From contig JBNZDD010013574.1 of NCBI GenBank assembly GCA_050575255.1, forward strand, positions 1,193,301-1,257,300: a stretch of DNA of 64,000 nucleotides, in the 5' to 3' direction. The notes below the pieces were generated by a model that searched no databases, had not been told where the DNA came from, and saw nothing but the letters and a program-made list of their open reading frames with translations. Positions 11,336-22,937 of the stretch are shown in pieces (position 1 is the first letter of the stretch; each line of letters opens with the position of its first letter). The DNA comes from Harriotta raleighana. Its lineage: Eukaryota. Position numbers and translations under genes: made by a program.

Positions 11336-14300
11336 TTTGGCTCTCAAAGAGCTGACCACTGCCCTCGCTTCCCCACAATCAGGTTGCACTCAAAGGCTTC
11401 ACTTCATTAATTGCAAAGGAATTAGTGTGTTAAAAGCAGTCGGCCCATCCCAAAAAAATCTACCCCCCTTATTTCTCTTCTACACGCTCAGCGATCAAAG
11501 CATGGTCCCAGTTCCATTAAGATGTATTAAAAGCCGGTTGTGAACGCCAGACAACTGATAGAGGTCTTGCCATTGGAAATCAATGGAAATAAGAGGCCTG
11601 GACAGTCTAATTGAAGAGAGGTGATGTTCATGTGATGCCTGAAAGCAGTATATCAGGAAAGTGAGACTTACAACCATGAAGTAATGAGAGTGCCACCCGC
11701 TAAATGAATTCAGCAATCTACGTTTTTTTTTTACGTCTCTCTCTCTTTCTCTCTCTCTCTCTATATATATATATTAAAGAGATTTGCCCTGCCGCCAAAG
11801 GTTTGTGCCTTACAAGTGGGTATCAAATGAAATGTGTAATAACTGCTGATAAAAGGCAGCTGCAGTGAAAATCAGACTGGAGGGAGTATTTATATGTGGT
11901 GGGATTATATATACTTTTCGCAATGAGCTGTTCGGCTGTGTTTTCATAACAAACAGGCTCTCGTGAGAACGAGGACGTTTAATGCGCCATCTGAATATGC
12001 GGTAAAAGGGATGATAATTTGTGGTTTCTCTTGGCCGAGAGACATTGGGTAATTGATTGCAAAGTACTGTGCGCAAGGATAAACCGAGAGGTTGCATAGG
12101 AACAAGAGGGACCCGCAGGAGAAACCAGTTCTATTCTTCAAACCCCCTCAGCTCGTTTGTAATCGAAACTTACTGGAGCAAAATAATGGAGATATGGCTG
12201 ATCAAACTCACTCCATCCACACTGGACACAAATAGTGTCCCATCGTGCATATTAACCCGCTCGCTGACTCACTCGCTCGCTGGCTCTGTCCCTCCCTCAC
12301 CCACTCGTTCGCTCGCTACCTCGCTCCCTTGTTCACTCATTTCCCAGGGTCGAGCAATATTGCTGTTGCAACAACACATTATCAGGACGGTAGGGTAAAA
12401 CAAACCTGTCTCGCAGGACCCAAGGCCAGCTCACGTTCCCATGTGAGCAGATGAACAATCCAGCGCTTGGTAAATCCTGCTTCACAAGGGTAGGAAGAGT
12501 TCACATTGACGGATCATTCAATCACTCGCTCGCTCATTCATTGCCTCGCTAACTCCTTCACTCACTTATTCCTCGCTTGCCTGTTCCCTCCCTCCCTCCC
12601 CCCCATCACACCCTCCCTCACTTACCCCCTCTCTCCCTCCTTTCCTCAATCCCTCCCTCAGTTTCTCATTAGAAATTTCCCAACACTCACTCTCAGAAGC
12701 CTCAAAGCTAAACAAGCCAAGTTCTGCAGGATCTATTTCTTCCTTAAATCTCCACCATCAACACTGGCCAAACACCAGGACCACAGATCATGTGCCAATT
12801 GGTGCAAAGCTACTTCAATCTCTCAGTAAAGCCTTCAAGCCCTCAAATCATTCCCTCAACACAAACCCGTCCAATCCTTTCTTAATCAATCAGCTTGCCA
12901 TTAATCGACTTACCTTGAAGTTTATGCTTTGTTTTAGAGCAAACTATTAGCATTGTAGGCTGCCAGCACATCTACAGGGAACTCCGGAGACATGGGCTCG
13001 GAGTTAAGTGAGGGATGGTTTGGTGTGAGTATCAGGGAAAAGGATGGGTTTGCGAATGACTTGTCGAGAGGGCAACAGAAATGAAGCAGAAAGTGCATCT
13101 ATCACCCGGTGATTATGAGAGAGTGTTTAATGGGATGAAGCACGACAGATTATTAAATATACTGCACTGATCGCAAATGATGGGGGGGAAAAAAATGTAG
13201 GGCATTCAATCCTGGTCACCTCACAGGGACGTGTCAATGCTACTTGAAATTAGTGTACGTATTTTAAGAGTGCTTACTTTGTAAGAATGATTGATGGAAA
13301 AACATAACCCTTGATTTTGCGCGCTACAATTGGTGTTTCATTAACACTTCCCGAGCCATTAGAAAACTTCATTCAACAGTGAAAGGGGAATGGGGGGCAA
13401 TTGGAGCCATTTCCATTCGAAAAAGAATCGAGATGTTTAATTGGATTTTACTATGTATCAAACATGTGGGGGTCTAATATGTGAGATTTACCTCAGCCTG
13501 AGAGGTTAGCTCGAGTGCTATAGGTTCCCAAAGTCACCAACGGGCTCTCAAAGTATTAGCAATTCTATCCATTTGTCTTTAAATGCTGAAATTTTACAAA
13601 ACGTTTTTGCGTCTTTCTTGTAAAATAATGGACGTGGATGTAATAGATCACCTCAGGATCTAGCTAGTACTGTTTGCTTCAGCACACTGTGTGAAGGGTG
13701 CTGTATGAATGCAAGTTGTAGTGGTTGTTCTTGCTAACAGCAATGATGTTTGCTTTTGTCCTATCTGTGAGCACGGGACAACCAAATCCCCTTGTGTTCG
13801 GCATATTTTATAGCCTTCGAAATAGTGTGTATTGTATTCCCTGCACAATTTAATACTCAGTGTTATCCAAGGATATCAGTCGTTAATCTCCAAATAATAG
13901 TGGGATTGAACAAACCTTCTGTTTCTACCAGAGATTTGAGGATAGACTAATGTATGGAGTGTGAGAGTAGGCAAGAGTGGGCAAGACTAATCAGATGGTC
14001 TTTAAATCCAATCGACTGCGTAAAGCACGTCCGTGCTCAATGCCTGACGTTTTCTCTTTGGAGGAATAAAAACCACAGAAAAATAAACATTATAGTATTA
14101 TTCTTTCTTTCATTTAAAAAATATGCCTTCGATTTTTTCTCTCTCTTTCCCCGCCCCCCGCCTCCCGCACACACCCCCCCACCACCCCCCATCACCACAA
14201 CAACCCCCGAGTCACGATTTTATTTATTTTCATTTAAACAATCTCAGATGCAGAATCAATAAGATAACATTACGTTCAAGGTCAACTGACAAGGTTGAGA

Positions 14301-17300
14301 TTTTCAATACAAATCCTCTGTTTGTAGTAATAACTCTTATCGTGGCAACAATTAATCTCCTTTGGAAAATTATTCACATTTTAGGGCTGATTAGCATACG
14401 TTTTTTGGTACAAAATCCATTTTCCTGACAAAATATGTTGGCGATTTTTGTAATTGATTTATTTTTGTACTGCTGGACTGTAACAACCCAATCTTCAATA
14501 GCCTCAAAAGATATTACTGAGAACCACAGGTTAATCTAAAAGTACTGTATTAATCCCTTATCTTTCTCTCGCAGCAGCACCTGATAGTTTAGTTATCATG
14601 CAGGCATCAAATGTGACATCTTTTATTGGCACATCATTATTTCAGCCAGCTAAAGAAAAGAGAGGCGCATGAAAGCATGATTAATGTGTGCGACTGAACA
14701 TCATGCAGGTTCACCAATTTTAAAGCAAAAACATAAAAGCCCGGGAATGAATATATTCTTTTTAAGGAGCATTTTACGACAGAGTGAAATCATGCCATTC
14801 AGCCATTAATAACACAGTTGTTGATCCACTGGCTTGCATCGCTTTCACATCTACATGATATCCCCATTTGTGCAACTCGTTCCTTTGAGCAATGGCGTTC
14901 GCTCCACTCAAAAGCGGGTCTCGATAGGAATTTTCCATTTCCTTCTAAGTGTGTATGGTGCTCAGAGATCTGTGCTGTGGGCACTTTCCACACACCCCCG
15001 CCCCCCCCCCATCCCCACCTATTGCCCTTGGTTCCCATAACGCGTGCGCCTAATGTTTTCTTGTTGATTGTCTTCTGGTTTAAAATACTTACTTACCAGC
15101 GACCAAAGTAGCCCCAATCCTCTCAGATGGTTGAAACCGCCTCTCCCACGGTTTGTGTGAGTGAGTGTGCATTCGAATGTTTCCGCTCGGAGTATCTGTG
15201 AGTTAATGGGCATTCCTGAGTGGTGATTGCTTCTTTCACCAATAGCATTTCAAGGACCTGAACTCACACAAGCTCATGGAATCCAAAGTACTCTCCAATT
15301 TGCTATCAAGAATCCAAGTACTGAACTCATTTTATGCAGGAATAGTGACTTAGTAAAACAATACGCGGGGATGGGGTGGGGGGTGGGGAGGATTTGTGAG
15401 GAGAGAAGAGTGAAGTGGGTAAAGTGATAATTATTCCGTCCCAAAGCACATTCCACCCCCCCACCTCCCTACCCAATGTCAAACCTCTTACACTCCTGTA
15501 ATCTCTTCTAAAATAGAAACATTTAATTACAATGCTGCTTAATTTACCCAATTATCTAGCACCATTCGTACCACCGTGATGATAAAAAAAAATCCTTTCT
15601 CTCTAGTTCCTTCCAAGCAATCAAGTTCCACTTGTGCAAAATTAATTGGTGTGCGCAGCTCAAAGTTGTCCTATCTGTACTATGTTTTAGATAATCTGTT
15701 TGGATGGAATCCAGCCTTTGTGACTACCTGGCTAGCCTGTAGTACCGAGAGATAATTAGTTGTCTATTTAATTCTGCCCCAGTTGCTCCCGACTAAAACC
15801 TCCTTTCGTGCGGCTGGGAGGCAGAATTGATTGCAAATTATCGGAATCGGGTTGGAAGTTAAGCAAAGCTGTCAGCTGCCTCAGCGGTTTTAGTCGGGTC
15901 AAACCTGCCCCCTTTTACAGTGACCTTTTATAAAGTGCACGGTCCGTGGAATATTATATATTCTATCTGTCGGAGTTCATGCCCAGTGAATCTATATTTA
16001 AGCGAGTGTCATGAGTCTAATGCGACAGGATGAAAGACTGTGCCATCGTCTATTCTCTTGCTGCTCAGGTTTTCCCCAAAGGTAACACAAACAGACTCTG
16101 ATGGCTTATGTTGTCCACTTGCTTTCCAATCAGAAAGCCTCGAGTCTGACCTTCCGGTCGGCATATTCCCTCCGTTCTCCAATAACGGTGTCAATCGCTG
16201 ACTTTCTCATTTACAATCAAATTATCCCTGTTTTATTTCTCTCCTGTCGAGATTTCTTTCACCGTCTTTGTCTTTTCCCTTCAATTATATCCCCCCCTCT
16301 CCCCCCTCCCCACTCCCCCCACACCAATCCACCCCTGACACGAGCTCAAAACGAAAGCTTACATTATTACAGCAACATTCACACCTGTTAGTGTCTCGGA
16401 GTTCTGTCCTATACACACACACACACACACTTACACACACACCCAGAACCTCTTGGCTGAGTTACTTGCCATCTCCCTGTTTTATCCTTCAAATCACCTA
16501 GCTTTGTCCTCTTCTGTCTCCATGCCGTGTTCCTGTGATAGATAGGCCTTGAAACCTGCTCCAACTCAGGGGCATGCGTGTTCTTCTGACTGCGATGATA
16601 TCACATCCACTGTTATGTTTCCAGCTGTTCACATATAGTGATTACAGATTCTCAAATGATTCATTCAATCACGGGCATTAGACTCACCCGAGAGTCACCG
16701 GCAAATCCAAGCAATTTGTTTATTTGCAAATACCTTTACACTTATGTTTTGCGAGCCAAAGGTTAACTGAGCCTGTGAGTTATATTTTATTCCGTCAGAC
16801 AACAATGATACAGCAGACAGACTTTATAATGAAGCATGGCAGCTACTGCAGGTTTGTCTCCGGGATTGAATGATATGTTCATTGGCTTTGATCGATGTAC
16901 TTTTCACCTCCACACACCTTCCAGCACAGCACAGCGTATATGATCAGTCTTCAAGAGGTCAAGTCAGTCCCAAAAAAACCCAATGACAATTCCCTTTTAA
17001 ACAGTAAAGTGGGGGGAATATTATCATTTTTAAATCCAATTTCTATTCAGGGACTCTACGTCAGCAATTCTGCTGTTAACACTTACCACACCTTTAAAGT
17101 AATAATAAAACACCATTGCGATAGTATTCTTTTTCCCTAGTCAACCTGGTCCACCACTGAAAATGTACTAATCCAAATTTACCCAGCACAACAGTAACTT
17201 AATCCAGCCATTAGGATATTGCCCACAGAGCTTGAGGAATATTTCTCTGATCATTCTGCAGAATATATTTTTTTTTGGCAGACACTCCGATGTAACTGGA

Positions 17301-17433
17301 ATCTGATAGCTAGTGCAGCGTCATCATCAAGTCTGTTGCACAAACTTCGCATTATGAAGGTGAACTGGGGAGGAGAATTAAAGTCAGCCTTTTAAAGTCA
17401 GGATTTTGTTTCGTGAGTTGGTGCCTGTGTTTA

Positions 17434-17436
<3 letters not shown>

Positions 17437-17469
<33 letters not shown>
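17437..17469. repeat. (CT)n microsatellite upstream of the candidate alternative exon
   Basis: Direct inspection. Confidence 0.9.
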
Positions 17470-17472
<3 letters not shown>

Positions 17473-17608
17473 CTCCTCCCTGCCATCCTCTACTCTTTGT
17501 TGAAGTTCCATCTCCCTGTTCAGGCTGAAACCTTATGCTTCTTAAGTTAAGGGTTGTAAAATAAGATGTGCTCCCACCTCACACAATATAAAGCGATCGT
17601 GGCATCCT

Positions 17609-18222
17609 CAAAGGTTAGGAAAAGGGAGCTTAAACTTTTCCCGTTCGGGTGTAGAGATCACACTTTATTCAGTGTGACGTTACCTGATCTCAAATCCCCC
17701 CCCTCCACCACACACACGCCTACCTCAGTTCCCATCACCATAATTCACAGTGTCACACCGGTAATTAAATGAGTACATTTCTAGGTTGGCAATCACAAAG
17801 TCTATCACATATTGGCGGAAGGGAGAAGGATACCTCATTAAAATCGGCTGGCGAGGCATGACAAATGAGCGACAATAACTACGTCTGAGTCATTGGACAA
17901 CCATTACTCAGGATTAAGACAATCAGAAGCGGAGAGAAAGGAGAGTTTAGGAGAATTTGTTTTCATGCAGATAGCTACTGGGACATGGAACGCCCATGCA
18001 AGTACAGTCGTCAATCCATTGAGGCATTAGAGAGATTGATAGACAGGTATGAGAAAGATAGAGGTGGGCGGATAGAACGGGGGCAGTAGGTTTGAATCAA
18101 CAGCTCACTCCGAGAGCTGGTGTGGACTTGATGACCCACTTGTTCAGCGCTGTAAGTCTCTGCGATTCTGATTTCCGGACACCCGAACACTAAAAGTTTA
18201 AGCTCCCTTTTCCTAACCTTTG
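17609..18222. repeat. 44-bp inverted repeat (arms 17609-17652 and 18179-18222, 41/44 match, 526-bp spacer)
   Basis: Left arm caaaggttaggaaaagggagcttaaacttttCCCgttcgggtgt; reverse complement of right arm caaaggttaggaaaagggagcttaaacttttAGTgttcgggtgt. Confidence 0.95.
17985..18046 (+). CDS. TENM1: Candidate alternative (first or cassette) TENM1 exon encoding MERPCKYSRQSIEALERLID(R)
   Basis: Strong Kozak context gacATGg, in-frame stop upstream at 17886-17888, donor CAG|gtatga in phase 2 that joins the 19697 exon to give R-HFLFK. No transcript evidence available. Confidence 0.5.
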
Positions 18223-18883
18223 CTGGAATCAGGGAGCTGGGAAGCCACAAGAGCTTTCCCTTCGCATCATTAACAGCGCACAGTTAAGCATGAGGTTGTG
18301 TTCGCTGCATGCCGGGCCAATTGAAAACAAGTCAATGAGCTTGTCAATTTCTTGCCTGCGCTCTAATCCAGTCTGAAGGCAGTGTCGGCTCAGTGCATTC
18401 TGCTGCCTGATGGAACCTGGTAGTCTCAGATGACTTGTTCGTTCTGTACAACAAGGTGGCGGGAGTGGGGGGGAATGCCAAAGTTATTGGTAGTCAAAGC
18501 TCAAACCTTCTCCACATCTGAGGCGTGAAGCAGCTGAACAACAACAACAAATTACACTTGTATAGCTGAAGTTGTACTTGCCCATTCATTTTCGGAGTCG
18601 AGAGAGAGAAAAAAAAAAGCGATGTACAGTAATTTGGTTTCTGTTGATATGAGGTGTTGTGTTGAATGCAAAGCGAGCGGCTTTTTAACTCACTGGTACG
18701 CCGAGTCCTGTTGTGTTGTGTCTGCGCATATTTATAGGACGGTAGCGGGGGGGACGGGGGGGGATGAGGGAAGAAGAGACGAAAGAATCACTGACTCCGA
18801 TGCAGTGATGGGGGGTGGGGGGGAGGGAGAAAGCGCTGAATTGTCACCCGAGATACCGTCCTTCAGAGGAGACTCTAAATTGA

Positions 18884-19140
18884 GGAGTCCTGTAGCTCAA
18901 TTAGAGCAAGCGAGAGACCTGGGTTCAATTCCCGGCAGGGCGGATCCTTGGGTAAGTTTCCTTACTCCACACGCTGGATAACAATCACTCGGAGGGGGGT
19001 GGGGGGAGGGAAACAATAATAAATTGGTCACTTCAATCCACGGCTGTTTGTGGGGGACGCTGCTGCTCGCAATTGGCTGCCATGTTTTGCCCACAAATGT
19101 ACAAGTCAATTCACTTTACAGCGTATTCTGCGAAGGGCGA
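18884..19140 (+). mobile_element. tRNA-derived SINE, 3'-truncated
   Basis: ggagtcctgtagctcaattagagc...gggttcaattcc...core. Confidence 0.8.
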
Positions 19141-19696
19141 TTGAAATGAACAATTTACTATCGGTTGTGTTTTTCGTTGCAGAGTGAGCTCACATGACTA
19201 AAACGCCCCCGGTGACCATTTGTGGGATGCATCGATGGTAATAAGTAAATGTGGTGGGTTAATTGGTGCCCAAGTAGTGTAATAAAGAGTTCCAATTCGA
19301 GTTCGGTAGCAGAGGGAAGTGAGGTCAGAAAAAGGGCGGAGAGAAAGTACAGGTGTGAGACAAGGCGTTTCGCCCACAAATATACAGTCAATTTTTCCTA
19401 CTTTCCTACCCCCGACCCCTCACCCCCTGCTCTGATCCCTACTTGACTGTACAGTGCCTTGGGACGTCCTCTTGACGTGAAAGGCGTTATATAAATGTAA
19501 TTTTGATTGATTGATTGATTGATTGAAAAGAATGGTAAAACAGGATTAAGAGATCTGCCACAATAAACAGTCGACACAAACTTGACTGCTTGAATGGCTT
19601 CCCTCTGTTCTGGTGGGTAGGTTCCAGGCTGTCTCTTTCATTCATTCTCAGTCGCTCCCTTCTCTGCTTCTCTCTCTTTTCTCTCCTATTTTGTAG

Positions 19697-19935
19697 GCAT
19701 TTCCTGTTTAAACCAGGAACTGGTACCTCCAGCCTCTATGGTACCACTAATCCAAGCTATCCTTTAACCTCCAATACTGTTTATTCTCCGCCTCCAAGAC
19801 CCCTGCCCAGAAGCACCTTCTCCAGACCTGCCTTCACCTTCAACAAACCTTACAAGTGTTGTAACTGGAAATGCACAGCCTTGAGTGCCACCGCCATCAC
19901 TATAACTCTGGCTCTTCTCCTCGCCTATGTTATTG
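19697..19935 (+). CDS. TENM1: Teneurin-1 exon: juxtamembrane ICD and transmembrane helix (HFLFKPGTG...[30 protein letters not shown])
   Basis: Long pyrimidine tract + ttgtag|, donor G|gtaagc; 239 nt, phase 2 to 1. [32 protein letters not shown] and [11 protein letters not shown] are hallmark teneurin sequence. Confidence 0.96.
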
Positions 19936-20406
19936 GTAAGCCTTAAGTCTTTTCCTTCGACCCATCTATCGCCTGCTTCTTTTTTTACTGCCTCTCTTAA
20001 TGCTTGCTTTTGCTTCCCCTTCAGCCGACAGGAGCATTTTCAATCCGTGTGAACACATATAAGTAGATATATATATGTATATATATATATATCTATACAG
20101 TTAAAAATCCATTATTTCAGGTTGTGTAAAAGTTAAGACACTTGTGGTGAGAGAGAGAGAGGGAAATTGAATTCCTTTTACCCGGCTACTGTTAAGAGTA
20201 CAACTGGTCTTTGGTCAAAGAGTGATGAATGTTTGCAATATCTCACAGAGGAAATTAATCAATGGCAAAGGTGTTGGTTTATCTATGAAGCAACGATGGG
20301 AGAGTTAAGTTAATACACCAGAAAGGGGTGTTCATTATTTTGTCTCGTCACCCTGGGATGTGGTTTCATTAGAAATAGGATGTAAACCTCGCCTCGTGTG
20401 GGGAAA

Positions 20407-20830
20407 ACAACAACAAAATGACATTTGTATAGTGTATTTCATGTTGGGAGGACGTCCCAAGGCGCTGGACAATCAGCATTTCAGAGAATTGGGAGAATTG
20501 GGAATTGGGAGGGAGGAGGGAAAAGAGGGGAGTGGGAGTGACTGACGGGACCGTCGAAGAGGAGGGTCTTGAGGCGGGACATGAAAGAGGCCAGGGAGGG
20601 GGGCGAGGCGGAGGGATTGTGGGATGGAATTCCAAAGGTTGGGGGCAAAGTGGCTGAAAGCTCGCCCGCCGATGGTGGGGTGGGTGGGTCGGGGGACATG
20701 GAGCAGGCCGAAGCCCATTGAGCGGAGGGGGTGGGCAGGTTGTTTGTGGGTAGGAGGTCAGAGAGGTAGAGTGGGGTAAAGCCATGGAGGGCTTTATGGG
20801 GGAGATGGGGTCACGAAGCTTGGTGTGGGG
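20407..20830 (-). mobile_element. L2 LINE 3' fragment
   Basis: Minus-strand translation PTIGGRAFSHFAPNLWNSIPQSLRLA and SRLKTLLFD; (aac)n tail. Confidence 0.8.
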
Positions 20831-22784
20831 GACAGAACAATAGGTCACTACATCAGGAGAAACAGCGATTGGATGTGAACACGGTTTTGTGTCTTCAACG
20901 CCGATATTTTTTTCTCGTCCTGTAGAATCCTGCAAAGTTGTCGTCCCCCCCGTCCTCCCTTCCCCCACCCCAGGACTGTTTACTGAAATCGCTATTGACT
21001 AATTCAACACGACATCCAAATCAAAGAGCAGCTTAAAATTCTTAATGATTTCCATACCAGTTGCACTGACGCCTTGCAATTTTCACAGCAGGTGATTTGG
21101 GTTTTCTTTCAAATGTACAAATCCCCTCAGTCTAATTTGTGATCCAGCTAATTAACACAAAAACCTTGCACTTTTCTCTCTCCCCCCCCGCCCCCCCCGC
21201 ACCAGCCACCACTCCCCCCTCCCTTATTTGTATTATACTTCTCCTGCCCTGTGGTGGTTGGGAAGCAGTGGGGGATTGCTGCTATTTGAATCGAAGTGCA
21301 AACGCATTCAAAGCTAAATTAATGACTTTGGTATTCACGCTGAGAATTGTCAAGGTTTCTCCAATCTATCCTGTACTTGAAATCTTAGCTGGGACACTGC
21401 TGTGCGCAATTGGTTTCCAGGTTTCGCCCCTCAAAATATACAATCAATTCATTTCACAGTGTATTCCGTGAAGCTCTTTGAGACATCTCGACGACAAGAT
21501 AAGGCACTGTATCAAATGCAAGGAGTTCAGAGGATTTCACTGATTTGCCAGCCATCAGGGGCCTATTTCATGGCTTCTCTCTGTGCCCCTGTTGTTTAAC
21601 TAAGCACTGAGGTTTAACTAACCACCAAAAACAAACAGGGTTCAGAACCGTGGTGAAAATCAGCGATTTCATTCCCCGAAGCCTGAGAAACAGCCAAAGG
21701 CGAGTCACTGAATGAACAGAGGAAAGCCCTCTTAAAGTAGGCGAGCGAGGTGTCGAGGGCTGGAGAGTGAAGGCTGAGAGAGCCCTGTTCCCATCCCTGG
21801 ATGTGTAAAGTGCTTTGAGATGTTCATCAGCAAATACAGGCTTTTTTTTAATGCGAGTTGTTTATATAAATCCTGAGGCTTACAGTATGTAGACACACAG
21901 TCTATAGTCAGCCTCACAGTCTCAGATGACTTACCCGAGCAGAACATCATTACCGAGACCTTGCCAGTCAACTCGAGTTATTTACTGAATAAATTCGCTG
22001 AGAGATCGGACTAAAGCTTTGAATGAGCTGTTGCATCAATTATGATGTGAGCTTGAGTTCAACGTTCACCAGTCCCGGGGAGAGGGGCAGGATATTTCAG
22101 AGTTACATTTACTGATGTATCAACGCAGCAGCCTTCTCGTTGCATGCGGGTGATTCAAATTGAGCTGTAGAGATACTTGACATTCCCAGGGAGAGTGTAT
22201 TGTGAGCGGAATATTTCATGTCCGGAAAGGTAGAAGATCGCTGCTTCTCTTCTGTTATTTTTTTTAACGTAATACACTCAATAATGAGTGTATTACTCCC
22301 CCCTGCTCTCAGAATCAAATGAACGTTTTAGCGGTCGGTCGATGTGGCTCCATCATAACAGTCCTTGCATTTGACCCCAAACCCTATTTCGCCCATAAAA
22401 TCCTCAGGCGCTCGCTTCACTTTACAGCGTTAATCCTGTGAGGCACTTTGAGACGGGACGCCCCTTCTGGAGCTTGGACACAAGGGTTCCAAACATCACA
22501 ACCAAAGCATCTCGAAAAGCCCTTCCTACAAGCGGCCGCTGCTTTGTGTGCGGTCCCCAAACGCACACAGGGATGGGATTCATTTGGGCTGGAGGGTCGT
22601 TGGCTAAGAACACCCATCTCATTCCGACAGCGTCTCCCGTCACGAGGTCGAACAGAAAGGTCTTTAGGCGAGATCTGAAACTGGGCCGAGCTTACAACTC
22701 CAGTGCGCCTGTCGGTGCGTGAACCTGAGAGACAGAACGGGTTGGCCCTCACTTGTGAATAACATGTGCTGTTGTGTTTTACAG

Positions 22785-22937
22785 CAGTGCATCTGTTTGG
22801 CCTGACCTGGCAACTGTACGAAAACGGTGGCAACAAGTCCCTGGCGGCCGGGTCCGACACACTGGACATCACATCTCCTCCGTTGGGCGGAAACACTTCA
22901 GACAGAGGAGACAAGAAAGACAGAGGAGGCTCTGGAG
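22785..22937 (+). CDS. TENM1: Teneurin-1 exon: end of TM and extracellular stalk (AVHLFGLTWQLYENG...DRGGSG)
   Basis: Acceptor ttttacag|, donor GAG|gtataa; 153 nt, phase 1 to 1, in frame with both neighbours. The 3' boundary is less certain (weaker donor, divergent sequence). Confidence 0.85.

Noticed and set aside
16069-16081. 13-nt ag|...|gtaaca micro-exon candidate
   Set aside because: Frameshifting, with no supporting similarity or regulatory context.
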